Assembly: GCA_030599585.1 (NCBI GenBank)
Contig: JAUVNS010000011.1
Coordinates: 32,001-96,000 of the forward strand
DNA: 64,000 nucleotides
Reading direction: 5' to 3'
Origin: Promethearchaeota archaeon
GTDB lineage: Archaea; Asgardarchaeota; Lokiarchaeia; Sigyniarchaeales; SOKP01
In this document: piece by piece, positions 28,629 through 38,673 of the stretch
How positions within the stretch are numbered: the stretch's first letter is position 1
How the letters are laid out: every line of letters starts with the position of its first letter
Notes under the pieces: model-generated
What the model saw: the letters and a program-made list of their open reading frames with translations, nothing else
Told to the model about the DNA's origin: nothing
Databases searched by the model: none
Position numbers and translations under genes: made by a program

Positions 28629-29441
28629 ATGAAAGAACGCTTAGATGTCATATTAGTGGAAAGGAGATTAGTCGAAAGTAGGACAAAAGCACAGTGGTTA
28701 ATAAAGAGCGGTTTTGCTCTTGTAGATGATATAAAAATTCTAAAATCTAGCAAGAGGATTGATAATAACTCAAAAATTAAACTTACTAAAAAATATCCTT
28801 ATGTTGGAAGGGGTGGTCTAAAATTAGAAGCTGCTCTTAAAAGTTTTGTTGTTGATGTTAAGAGAAAAATTTGCGTCGATATAGGGGCATCAGTTGGAGG
28901 ATTTACAGATTGCTTGCTGCAACACGGCGCGTTAAAAGTTTATACAGTTGATACTGCAACGAATTTACTTCATCCTTCTTTGACATGTAAAGATGATAAG
29001 ATTGTAGAACTCTTTGGTGTTGATGCAAGGGAAATGACATCCTTACCAGAGGAAGTAGATATTGCTACTGTAGATGTAACCTTCTCTTCGCTTAGGTCAG
29101 TTCTTCCAAACATTAAAAATTATTTGAAGCAAGATGGACATATAATAGTTCTTGTTAAACCTCTTTTTGAAACCGATTTTCATCAAGAAAAAAAATTTAA
29201 AATAATTACCGATTTGGCAATGCTTAAGAGAATTTTAAGAGAATTCATAGAATGGAGCAAATTGAACTCACTATATCCGAACGGTTTAATCGCTTCTCCT
29301 TTGCTAGGGAAAGGAGGATCGATTGAATTTTTGGCACATATTCAGATTGATAAGGAAATTGTTTTTAAAGCCGATATTAATATTAATGAAGTCTTAAAGG
29401 ATGTTAAGGAATTAAATTCTAATCCTTTGGATAGGTTTTAA
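28629..29441 (+). CDS. tlyA: TlyA-family rRNA methyltransferase
   Basis: S4-like RLDVILVERRLVESR, YVGRGGLKL, DIGASVGGFTDCLLQHGA, LVKPLFE. Confidence 0.92.
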   Translation: MKERLDVILVERRLVESRTKAQWLIKSGFALVDDIKILKSSKRIDNNSKIKLTKKYPYVGRGGLKLEAALKSFVVDVKRKICVDIGASVGGFTDCLLQHGALKVYTVDTATNLLHPSLTCKDDKIVELFGVDAREMTSLPEEVDIATVDVTFSSLRSVLPNIKNYLKQDGHIIVLVKPLFETDFHQEKKFKIITDLAMLKRILREFIEWSKLNSLYPNGLIASPLLGKGGSIEFLAHIQIDKEIVFKADININEVLKDVKELNSNPLDRF

Positions 29442-30588
29442 AAAGGTTTCCCCACGATGTGTCAAAGAATTTTTTAATTCTTTTCTTTCCGATCGTTGGA
29501 TACCATAGCATATCATGAAATACTAAAGATCCTAAAATTGGTAATGTAAAAAAGATTTTATTATGTAGTAAAGGATTTAAAAATTTTAAGGATCCTTTTC
29601 TAACCATCTGATCTCCCCATATTATTATACTTCGCTTAACTTTGAAATTCCAATTTATTCCCGATACATCCTCTCCAATAATCTCAATATCCTCGAAATC
29701 ACCACATCCCAATCCTTCTTCGTGAGCTAATTTAATAGCGGGGAGCTTTAATGGCTCGAATCCTAACATTTTTGCTACTACAGTATCAACAGCAACTTGG
29801 TCATATCCGGCGAGGAGATAATTTTTAATCCGAGGAATCATTGTTCTTGGTCCAGCGCCATCTCCACAAACTGTTCCATCTACTATAGCCATTATGTTTG
29901 GGTGAATTTGTTTTTGAATGATTAATAAATCTACTAGAACTTCAGACATAAATTGATGGCTAAAATGCCTTCTTTTGGTCAACAAACCCCCAAAAGCATT
30001 TTTCATAGCGCATGTTATCCCTCCATTCTTTGATTCTTCCTTGGTCTGTTTTAAGGAACCTCCAATCGCTCCAGTATGACCGTGAGTTTTCATTGTGGGC
30101 AAATGAATTATTGACTTTCCTATGTAAAATTCTGGAATCTTAAATCCTCCTGGAAATATTTTCGAATCTAAAACGTGCAATTTCTTGTTTTTTAAGGCAA
30201 TAAAACGGTGTTTTTGGGACTCATACGGTACAAAAGGAATTCTAGTTAAAGGTACAAATCTTACTCCATATTTATTTATAATAGGACCCCACTTATTTCC
30301 TTTTAATCCTTTTTCTATATTGGTCACAACTGTCCGATTCTCAGCGGTAAAGAGGTTTTTTGGCTCGTAACCATCGTCCAACATGGTTTTAATGACACCT
30401 TCTACTTGCCAAGGAGGGCTAGAACATGATGGAAAAAATTTTGACCAGCTTAAATTTAATTTAAGTATGTTTTTAGATTTTTTATCGTAATACTTACTAT
30501 ATTCTGCTAAATGCATTAATTTCTTATAATCCTCAAGAATTGTTTTAGGAGAAGTTTTTACTACGAAAATCTGAGATGTATTAGACAT
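29419..30588 (-). CDS. DUF362 domain protein
   Basis: LKLN, HLPTMKTH, MKNAFG, IVDGTVCGDGAGP, DQVAVD. Confidence 0.85.
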   Translation of the reverse strand: MSNTSQIFVVKTSPKTILEDYKKLMHLAEYSKYYDKKSKNILKLNLSWSKFFPSCSSPPWQVEGVIKTMLDDGYEPKNLFTAENRTVVTNIEKGLKGNKWGPIINKYGVRFVPLTRIPFVPYESQKHRFIALKNKKLHVLDSKIFPGGFKIPEFYIGKSIIHLPTMKTHGHTGAIGGSLKQTKEESKNGGITCAMKNAFGGLLTKRRHFSHQFMSEVLVDLLIIQKQIHPNIMAIVDGTVCGDGAGPRTMIPRIKNYLLAGYDQVAVDTVVAKMLGFEPLKLPAIKLAHEEGLGCGDFEDIEIIGEDVSGINWNFKVKRSIIIWGDQMVRKGSLKFLNPLLHNKIFFTLPILGSLVFHDMLWYPTIGKKRIKKFFDTSWGNLFKTYPKD

Positions 30589-30728
30589 GATTAGTTACTA
30601 AAAGAATGGACATTTTATTTTTTTTACGCAATTTGTGAAGTTAGAAATGAAATAATCAAGTATCGGTAAAAATGAAAATAAACAAAATAAAAAATAATAC
30701 GGTGCTTTTTACTACTAAAAAAGTCTAA

Positions 30729-31838
30729 TTAGTCAGAAATATATTCCATTCCTTTAAACGACTTTGCTTTTTCACTTAAGGGAGCACACATCATGTAATG
30801 TTCACCCTCTAGATCGACCCTTACGGGTTTGTTTGCATCGCATCCTACATGATTTCCTTTCTCGTAACATCTTGGGTGAAAAGAACATCCACTTGGAGGA
30901 TTTACTGGGCTAGGAACATCGCCTTCTAAAATAACTCTTTTTGATATTGAGCCCGGATCGAAGGTTGGTCTTGCGGAGAGTAAAGCTTTAGTATATGGAT
31001 GAGTTGGGTTGTAAAATACTTCATCTATAGTTCCTCCTTCGACGAACTTACCTAAATACATTACTTGAATTCGATCAGCGATGTGTTGAATAACACTTAA
31101 ATCGTGGGTAATGAATAAGTATGACAAACTAAATCTTCTTTGAAGTTCTTTTAATAAATTTAAAATCTGTGCTTGAACTGATACATCTAACGCTGATGTA
31201 GGTTCATCCAGAATAATTAATTCAGGATTACAGGCTAAAGCTCTGGCAATCACTATCCTTTGTTTTTGTCCGCCTGAAAATTCATGAGCGTATCTATCTA
31301 AGTGTTCTGCTTTCATTGAAACGGTTTCTAACAGTTCAAGAACTCTCCTTCTAATTTCTCTCTTCTTTTTTACACCTAATAATATTTTAAGAGGTTCACC
31401 AATAATGTTAACAATCTTCCAACGAGGATTTAAAGAAGAATCGGGATCTTGAAATACCATTTGAATCTTTTTACGAATTTTACTATTGAATGGAACATCG
31501 TTCGCAGTCTCACTTGATTCTTTCCTCTGGAATTTAGCTATTAACCCTTTAGATTTTGTTAATCTTTGGTTTTTAAAAAATATTTCTCCTGACTCAGGTT
31601 CAACCAAATTCAAAAGCGTATTTCCAATTGTGGTTTTACCGCATCCACTCTCTCCTACTAATCCAATAGTTTCATTCTTATGAATATCAAAACTGACTCC
31701 ATCGACAGCTTTAACTACACCTATTTTTCTCTTAAACATTCCTCCTAATATTGGAAAGTAAGTTTTTAGGTTCCTTACTGAGAGAAGGATTTCTTCGTCT
31801 ACACGTCTTGCATCCATTTTTTCTTCAATTTCTGTCAT
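30729..31838 (-). CDS. Peptide ABC transporter ATP-binding subunit (DppF/OppF)
   Basis: GESGCGKTT, FSGGQKQR, LDEPTSALD, HPYTKAL, GCSFHPRC. Confidence 0.95.
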   Translation of the reverse strand: MTEIEEKMDARRVDEEILLSVRNLKTYFPILGGMFKRKIGVVKAVDGVSFDIHKNETIGLVGESGCGKTTIGNTLLNLVEPESGEIFFKNQRLTKSKGLIAKFQRKESSETANDVPFNSKIRKKIQMVFQDPDSSLNPRWKIVNIIGEPLKILLGVKKKREIRRRVLELLETVSMKAEHLDRYAHEFSGGQKQRIVIARALACNPELIILDEPTSALDVSVQAQILNLLKELQRRFSLSYLFITHDLSVIQHIADRIQVMYLGKFVEGGTIDEVFYNPTHPYTKALLSARPTFDPGSISKRVILEGDVPSPVNPPSGCSFHPRCYEKGNHVGCDANKPVRVDLEGEHYMMCAPLSEKAKSFKGMEYISD

Positions 31839-31875
31839 TTTTAATACCTTTATCTGATTTATATTATTCTGTTAA

Positions 31876-33138
31876 TTAAAGTTGAAACGAGGCATTACCC
31901 TCTTTCTCAGACTGTACATATTTGGGGGAATTTTTATATTCGTCATTGAATAAATGGCACGCGACAAAATACTTTTCTCCTATTTCATTGAGTTTTGGTT
32001 TGACTTTATCGCATATTTCCATTCTTTCATCACATCGTGGGTGAAATCTACAGCCAGACGGGGGGTAGATTAAATTAGGGACCATTCCTCTAATAACACG
32101 TAATTTTTGATCTCTCTTTTCAATACTTGGAATAGCTGCTATTAATCCTTTTGTGTAAGGATGCCGTGGATTATTGAAAAGATCCATTGCGGAAGCGTAT
32201 TCAACAATATTACCGCTATACATTACAGCTACTCTATCACACATTTCAGCGATGATGCCTAAATCGTGAGTAATTAAGAGGAGTGACGTTTTAAACCTGG
32301 TTTTTAAATCCTTCATTAAATCAAGAATTTGAGCTTGGATCGTTACATCTAAGGCAGTTGTGGGTTCATCAGCAATTAGAAGTGAAGGATTGCATGATAA
32401 AGCCATAGCGATCATTATTCTCTGCCTCATACCGCCACTTAATTCATGAGGATATCTTTTTAATATTTCTTGAGAATCTGCTATTCCCACTTCTGCTATT
32501 ATATTAGCAGAAACGTAATTTAATATATCCTTTAAGGTTGGAGGATTAGTATATTTTGATTTTAATTCTTTAATAGTTTTTTGTAAGTTTTCTTTTTCCT
32601 CTTCCGATAGACGGTCACTGCTTTCTTTCAATTTCTTTGCAAGAAGTTTCTTTTCTTTGAGTTTTTCTTTCCTTTCTAAATTTTTCTCGTCACGAAGTTT
32701 TTTAATTTCGTTATTTTGGTGTAGTGCGAATACTTCGCTTATTTGTTTACCAACTGAAATTACTGGATTAAGAGAATTTAAAGGATCTTGAAAGATCATG
32801 GTAATATTGTTTCCTCGATGTGCTCGTATTTCGTTTTTATTCAGCGTTAAAAGGTTGATCCCCTTAAATTTTATTTCTCCCCTCATAATCTTCCCTGGTG
32901 CTCTTACAAGCCGTAAAATTGAGAGAGCAGTAACGGACTTTCCACAACCTGTTTCACCAACGAGTCCAAGTACTTCGTCCTCATAAATATCGAAAGAAAC
33001 GCCATCAACGGCTTTAACAACGCCTTCTTCAGTAAAAAAATATGTTGTTAAATTTTTAACTTCAAGTAGTTTTTTAGAACTATTTTCTTCAACCGAAGAA
33101 TTTGTCCCAAAATTTTCACTATTATCAATAGTATTCAT
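31876..33138 (-). CDS. Peptide ABC transporter ATP-binding subunit (DppD/OppD) with charged insert
   Basis: GETGCGKS, LSGGMRQR, ADEPTTALD; about 60-aa Lys/Glu insert. Confidence 0.95.
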   Translation of the reverse strand: MNTIDNSENFGTNSSVEENSSKKLLEVKNLTTYFFTEEGVVKAVDGVSFDIYEDEVLGLVGETGCGKSVTALSILRLVRAPGKIMRGEIKFKGINLLTLNKNEIRAHRGNNITMIFQDPLNSLNPVISVGKQISEVFALHQNNEIKKLRDEKNLERKEKLKEKKLLAKKLKESSDRLSEEEKENLQKTIKELKSKYTNPPTLKDILNYVSANIIAEVGIADSQEILKRYPHELSGGMRQRIMIAMALSCNPSLLIADEPTTALDVTIQAQILDLMKDLKTRFKTSLLLITHDLGIIAEMCDRVAVMYSGNIVEYASAMDLFNNPRHPYTKGLIAAIPSIEKRDQKLRVIRGMVPNLIYPPSGCRFHPRCDERMEICDKVKPKLNEIGEKYFVACHLFNDEYKNSPKYVQSEKEGNASFQL

Positions 33139-33187
33139 ATTTATTCTATTTCTATTTTATATAATTAAAATTTAATTTAAAGTAATA

Positions 33188-34189
33188 CTATAAGTTCTTT
33201 AGTTTTGGGTCTAGAGCGTCTCTTAAACCGTCTCCAAGTAACATAAATCCTAATACCGTAATAAGGATAATAAAACCAGGCCATAAAGAAGCCCATGGAG
33301 CGTCATATAGGTGAAGTCGAGCTTCAGCAATATCATTTCCCCACTCTATCATCCTAGGATCGCTAAATCCTAAAAAGGCAAGACCAGCTAAGCTAAGAAT
33401 AATTCCTCCAATGTCAAACGTAAAAGAGATAATAATTGGTTGGATAACATTGGGTAATATGTGTTTAAACATAATTCTCAAATTTCCTGCTCCCGACACT
33501 TTTGCTGCTTCAATATATGGTAATTTTCGTGCTTGCAATACGTTTCCCCTAATTAGCCGGGAATAATACGGAATGCCCAAGATCCCCCATGCTAACATGA
33601 TAAATTGAATTTCCTGACCCCAAATAGCTATAAACACCATAGCAAGAATCAATCCGGGAAATGCAAGGAAAATATCCATGATTCTCATTATAATCGAATC
33701 GACCCATCCACCGTAATAAGCAGAAATGACTCCAATTATAACCCCAAATAAAACACTAAAGGTTATTGCAGGTAGAGCAATTGTTAGAGACGATCTTGCC
33801 CCCCATATAAGTCTTGTTAGTACATCGCGACCAAAACTCGTTTTACCTAAAGGATTGACGTCATTTGGAGGACCCCATTCATTATAATATATTCCGTTAG
33901 CTTCTATGAATGTGCCTGGAGATATCCAAGGCGCTAAAACCGCGAGTGATACGATTACAAAAATTAAAATAATTCCAATAATTGTTAAAAATGACTTAAA
34001 CCGGCGAATGAACTTTCTCTTGCTTTTTGATCGTTCGAATTCTAATTCCCGTAGTGTCAACTCTTCCAATCTTGATCCCGGTACGAGGAGAAATTTAATA
34101 TTGCTTCCGAACCATGAAAGAACCTCACGAACTATGCTCTTTTCCTTTTTTATTTTAAATTCCTCTTCATATATTTGTTCTTGTGTCAT
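33188..34189 (-). CDS. Peptide ABC transporter permease (DppC/OppC)
   Basis: GRDVLTRLIWGAR, YIEAAKVSGA, HILPN, GDGLRDALDPK. Confidence 0.95.
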   Translation of the reverse strand: MTQEQIYEEEFKIKKEKSIVREVLSWFGSNIKFLLVPGSRLEELTLRELEFERSKSKRKFIRRFKSFLTIIGIILIFVIVSLAVLAPWISPGTFIEANGIYYNEWGPPNDVNPLGKTSFGRDVLTRLIWGARSSLTIALPAITFSVLFGVIIGVISAYYGGWVDSIIMRIMDIFLAFPGLILAMVFIAIWGQEIQFIMLAWGILGIPYYSRLIRGNVLQARKLPYIEAAKVSGAGNLRIMFKHILPNVIQPIIISFTFDIGGIILSLAGLAFLGFSDPRMIEWGNDIAEARLHLYDAPWASLWPGFIILITVLGFMLLGDGLRDALDPKLKNL

Positions 34190-34228
34190 TATTTCTCAAA
34201 TTTTTTTTTTTAATTTTTAATTCTATTA

Positions 34229-35248
34229 TTAATAAACTATTCTTGGGTCCAACATTGCGTAAATAACATCGGTTACTAAATTTATTGAAACAAACAAAAT
34301 TGTAATTACAAATACAAGCGCGTTCATTACCCAATAATCAACATCTCTTATAGAAGCGATCAGAAGTTCTCCTACACCAACCAAACCAAAAGTTGTTTCG
34401 GTTAAAACGGCTCCAGATAATAAACCAGCAAAGCTTAGTCCTATTACCGTAATAGTGGGAATTAGCGAATTCTTTCGAGCGTGTGTATTTATAACATCCT
34501 TTTCTTTACAACCCTTCGCTCTTGCTGTTCTAACATAGTCTTGCTCTAATACTTCTAACATACTCGAACGACTTTGTCTAGTAATCCCCGCCAAAATGAT
34601 GAATGATAAACAAACAACCGGTAATACAAGGTGATATAAATAGTCTCCTATCATATAAAATTCACCTGACAGAAATGCGTCAATCATTCTGAAACCAGTA
34701 ACTAACTCCGGGTTAGGATAACTGTAAGTCTTAAATCCTGTAGTAGGAAAAATTGGAACCAGATATCCTACCGTAAATTGAAGTATCATCCCCATAAAAA
34801 ATACGGGAATTGCTACCCCAATAAGTGCTAAGCCCCTTAAAATCGTATCTTTGGGTTTGTTTCTATTAACAGCAGATACTACACCTGTTTTAATTCCAAG
34901 GAATCCAGCAATTAACATCGAAAAGATTGCGATATCTACAGTTCTTGGTAATCTTTGCATAATAAGAGACCAGACAGATTGACCTCTATTAATAGATACA
35001 GAAAATCCCCAATTACCTACAAATAAATCTCCCAAATACCTAAAATATTGGACTATTATTGGCTGATCAAATCCAAGTTCGTGTCTCATTTGGTTATACA
35101 ATGCGACATCAACTTTTCCTTCGGGAAGATAAGCTAAAATAGGGTCACCTGGCATCAACCTAGATAATACAAAAACTAAGGTTAACGTTCCAAATAACAC
35201 GGGTATCATCGCAATCATTCGTCTAATAATAAACTTTATCATACTCAT
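34229..35248 (-). CDS. Peptide ABC transporter permease (DppB/OppB)
   Basis: PGDP, QDYVRTARAKG, LTETTF, YAMLDPRI. Confidence 0.95.
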   Translation of the reverse strand: MSMIKFIIRRMIAMIPVLFGTLTLVFVLSRLMPGDPILAYLPEGKVDVALYNQMRHELGFDQPIIVQYFRYLGDLFVGNWGFSVSINRGQSVWSLIMQRLPRTVDIAIFSMLIAGFLGIKTGVVSAVNRNKPKDTILRGLALIGVAIPVFFMGMILQFTVGYLVPIFPTTGFKTYSYPNPELVTGFRMIDAFLSGEFYMIGDYLYHLVLPVVCLSFIILAGITRQSRSSMLEVLEQDYVRTARAKGCKEKDVINTHARKNSLIPTITVIGLSFAGLLSGAVLTETTFGLVGVGELLIASIRDVDYWVMNALVFVITILFVSINLVTDVIYAMLDPRIVY

Positions 35249-35301
35249 TTTTTTTTATCCTCCGTAAAGGTATTTTATTTATTTTTTATATATATAAGTT
35301 G

Positions 35302-35760
35302 TTAAGTTTCAATTTCTTTTGTTCTTTTGGTAAAGCGAGCATATGATTCTTTTGTGATCGCAGCAAGAAGCGCTGATAAAATATTGATACCTAATAATAC
35401 CAAGATGTTAATGTATGTTTCAAATCTTGTGAAATAAAAACCAATCATAAAAATATCAAATCCATTAATAAACCAATACCAAATCCAAGACATTACAATA
35501 ATAAAGGGAATAAGCCATATGCTATTGCGAATACCGTATTCAAAAAAGTTTTCTCTTAATACCATTAAAAATACAATCCCAAAAAGTAAAATGCCTGAAA
35601 GAATTGCAATTGGATCAAACATAGCTTGATATAGAAATAATACTTTTTCTCCAACGGTCCTTTCGTAAATATTGCAAATATATCCAAAAAATACGAAATG
35701 TAAAAGTAATAAGGCTACAATGAAGTTGCCTTGTCTCCCGAATTCAATTTTAAATTTCAT
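35302..35760 (-). CDS. Hypothetical membrane protein (about 4 TM) inside the ABC cluster
   Basis: Hydrophobic helices; 4-nt overlap with the upstream ORF. Confidence 0.7.
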   Translation of the reverse strand: MKFKIEFGRQGNFIVALLLLHFVFFGYICNIYERTVGEKVLFLYQAMFDPIAILSGILLFGIVFLMVLRENFFEYGIRNSIWLIPFIIVMSWIWYWFINGFDIFMIGFYFTRFETYINILVLLGINILSALLAAITKESYARFTKRTKEIET

Positions 35761-36614
35761 AACAATCTCATTAAATCATCGTTCAATTTTAAATCTTTCA
35801 GATGAAAACTCTTACCAGACTTAACATTATTCGACTTTTTGATAATAATTTTATTAAAATCACGTAAATTTATATAGTTTATTTTTTTTTTCTCTTCGGT
35901 TAATATTTTTTTATCAAAGAAAAAACAATCGAGAAGATCGTCATAAATCAAATAAGGAACAAATTCCATTTTCTTCATTCGATTAGTTTTAGCATCAAGA
36001 ATGTCAATTGAAGTAATTTGAGGATGATACTTTTTTTTTTTTTCTAAATATAACTTAACATTTTCTAGTTCTCCTTTTACTTGAATTTTAAAGCTATTTT
36101 GTTCAATTTTTTCACGAAAATATGTAATCATATTATCACAATATTGAACGAGTTCTAAGCGATAATTTTCGCTATTGAAAGATAATTTTTTTTTTTCTAT
36201 CTTTGAATACAAAATTAGAAATTCAGAAAGTAAATATGTAAATGAGTCACTAAAATCGGGGATATTGGCTATAACATTTATTGATTTACCGAACCATTTA
36301 CTAAGAATTTCGTTTTTTAACATTCTATAGTTGGTTTCGTTATATTTTACTTTTGCAAAATTTATTAAATTTTCAATTCCAACTTTGAAAAAAGATACGA
36401 AATCAATAGAGAAATCTAATTTTTCACCCAAATCGCGCAACTTTTTGAAATCAGGTAATATAAACAGTGTTGGATCTCCGTTTAATACCTTGTCAATTCT
36501 CATTGGAATCGGCATTATTGGTACTTTAAAATAGTCGTTAGGTAACACGTCAAAATAAAAACAAATTGGGGAAATATCTCTTTTATTTGATTTCAATTTT
36601 GCGAGGGAGCACAT
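35757..36614 (-). CDS. Hypothetical soluble protein
   Basis: 285-codon ORF co-oriented with the cluster; no recognised motif. Confidence 0.7.
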   Translation of the reverse strand: MCSLAKLKSNKRDISPICFYFDVLPNDYFKVPIMPIPMRIDKVLNGDPTLFILPDFKKLRDLGEKLDFSIDFVSFFKVGIENLINFAKVKYNETNYRMLKNEILSKWFGKSINVIANIPDFSDSFTYLLSEFLILYSKIEKKKLSFNSENYRLELVQYCDNMITYFREKIEQNSFKIQVKGELENVKLYLEKKKKYHPQITSIDILDAKTNRMKKMEFVPYLIYDDLLDCFFFDKKILTEEKKKINYINLRDFNKIIIKKSNNVKSGKSFHLKDLKLNDDLMRLL

Positions 36615-36703
36615 TCAAGTATTTGAAAAAATTAAGAACTTAAATAATAATTAAAAAAAAAAGTTTGTTAAAATTTATTTTTGTATTTTTAGGAACTTTA
36701 TTC

Positions 36704-38410
36704 CTAATATTCCGAGGGTACACGATACATTGTATAGATGTAGAAACCGCCCATAGCATTGTATGAGACGCCTTTTATATCCGCCGAGTGAACAGAGTGC
36801 TGATAAGGATGGTATCCAAACGCATGAGGCATATCTACTTCAACTATTTGATGTAAAATTTTGGAGTAGAGAATATCTCTTGCACCTGCATCAGTTTCAG
36901 TTAAGACTTCAGCCAGCCAATCTTCAACGTCTTGATTGCCATATTGACATGAGTCAGAGGCAGATTTGTTGGAGAATAATGGCGCAATCATATTGAACGG
37001 AGATAGATAATCAGGTCCCCATCCAATCCAGTAAAGCATTAACGTATCGTATCCACCAGGTTCCATATAACCGTATGCTCGATAGATGAAATCAGCCCAG
37101 GACATTCCCTGGTCAACAACATCAATTCCAATTAGGTCAAGGTTGTCATCTAATAAAACTCCTAAGTCTTCTCTGAATGCATTTCCTATGTTATAGGAAT
37201 AGTTCCATTGAACAAGATCTAAAGCTCTCCAAGCTATAGCGTTCGCTCCCGTTGTAAGGTTATCAGCAGTTAATCCAGTAGCAAACATGCTATTGACAAG
37301 TCCTCTTGCTTTTGCTAAATCCCAAACTTCCGCTTTAATACTAGCGTTATAACCAGGGAAATCAGGTGCTAATGGACCATTTGATCGATAGACTGTACCT
37401 TGCTGTAATTCATCGATAATGTATGTATAGTTAATGGCGGCAGATATAGCTCGTCTCCATGTTACGTTGATCCTTTTATTGTTCATACCAAGATAATAGT
37501 AGCTCATGGCACGTCCACCAGCACGGTGGGTAATTGTAACATCTGCGTCATAGGTAGGGAATAATGCAGCCTCAGAGCCAGACAAATAGTCAATAGTATG
37601 GCCTAACATTGCGTTGTTCCTTGTAGTAGAGTCTTCTATAATTGCGAAAGTTACTTCTTCGAAGTATGCGCCAGTTCTCCAGTATCTATCCCATCTTGTG
37701 AATTTAACTTCTGTGTCAGCAATGTAATGGTCGTACATGAAAGGACCAGTTCCAACTAGATCTCCTGTTGCTGTTTCGATATATGCGGTTCCATTGGTTG
37801 CTGTAGGTGATAACATGTAAGCGGTAACATAGCAGATTAAAGGTTCAAACACTGCATATGGCGCTCTCAAGTTAAGCGTCACACTGTATTCACTATTAAC
37901 TGTAACTGGGGTAGTAGGATGTAGAATTGTCGTTCCGTTTGGGAATTCGTATAATGAGTGAATCTGGGATATTCCTACTGATCCGGGTAAAGTTAATGAT
38001 GCGTTTATAAAGTAGTTAATTCTCTCAAAAGTAAATTTTACTGCGTCAGCATTAAACGGTGTTCCGTCGTGGAAAAAGACATTTCTTCGCAATGGAATAG
38101 TTAAATGGGTTCCAGTAATATCCCAAGATCCTAATTCTGTTGCAAGCACGGGAATAATTCCAAGATTTGGATCAGACAAGTTATATTGATATAATCCCTC
38201 AGCTACCTGTTCAATTACGTCGTTTGACGCACTATCCCAGGAGCGAACTGGATCTAAGTCTGATGGACCTGAACTCGTACCGAATACAAAAGTTATGTTG
38301 TCGGGAGGAGCAATTGTGATGTCTGGTCCAATTGCAAGAAAAATATTTCCAACACCAGAAGCGACTAAAGCTACGGCTAAAATAAGTATCGCGATATTTT
38401 TTTTTTCCAT
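36704..38410 (-). CDS. Peptide ABC transporter substrate-binding protein (family 5)
   Basis: N-terminal anchor, LDP, FHDGTPFNADAVKFTFER, GTGPF, GWGPDY. Confidence 0.93.
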   Translation of the reverse strand: MEKKNIAILILAVALVASGVGNIFLAIGPDITIAPPDNITFVFGTSSGPSDLDPVRSWDSASNDVIEQVAEGLYQYNLSDPNLGIIPVLATELGSWDITGTHLTIPLRRNVFFHDGTPFNADAVKFTFERINYFINASLTLPGSVGISQIHSLYEFPNGTTILHPTTPVTVNSEYSVTLNLRAPYAVFEPLICYVTAYMLSPTATNGTAYIETATGDLVGTGPFMYDHYIADTEVKFTRWDRYWRTGAYFEEVTFAIIEDSTTRNNAMLGHTIDYLSGSEAALFPTYDADVTITHRAGGRAMSYYYLGMNNKRINVTWRRAISAAINYTYIIDELQQGTVYRSNGPLAPDFPGYNASIKAEVWDLAKARGLVNSMFATGLTADNLTTGANAIAWRALDLVQWNYSYNIGNAFREDLGVLLDDNLDLIGIDVVDQGMSWADFIYRAYGYMEPGGYDTLMLYWIGWGPDYLSPFNMIAPLFSNKSASDSCQYGNQDVEDWLAEVLTETDAGARDILYSKILHQIVEVDMPHAFGYHPYQHSVHSADIKGVSYNAMGGFYIYTMYRVPSEY

Positions 38411-38673
38411 TTCATAATCACTTAAAATTTAATTTTAAATTTTATAAATATTTTTTATTAGATTTGTAGTTAAATATCTACCTAAGCTCCGAAACTTATA
38501 AGGTTTTTCTTTTTTTTTGGTATTTGTTGATGTTCATTTTTTTGACGGAAAGTTGCCAAGTAGAAATTATTTGCATAATTTACATGGAAGATAATTTTTA
38601 TTCAGAGGAGCTTTAAAATAGGAAAGTAATGAACTTCAATGAATTGTAAAAAAAAAATCTGAAAAATAGCTAC

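Noticed and set aside
30015-30075. In-frame insert in the DUF362 gene with a TTCCTT/AAGGAA hairpin as a second mRNA intron
   Set aside because: Flanks do not give a 4-bp helix with two 3-nt bulges, and there is no stop codon.
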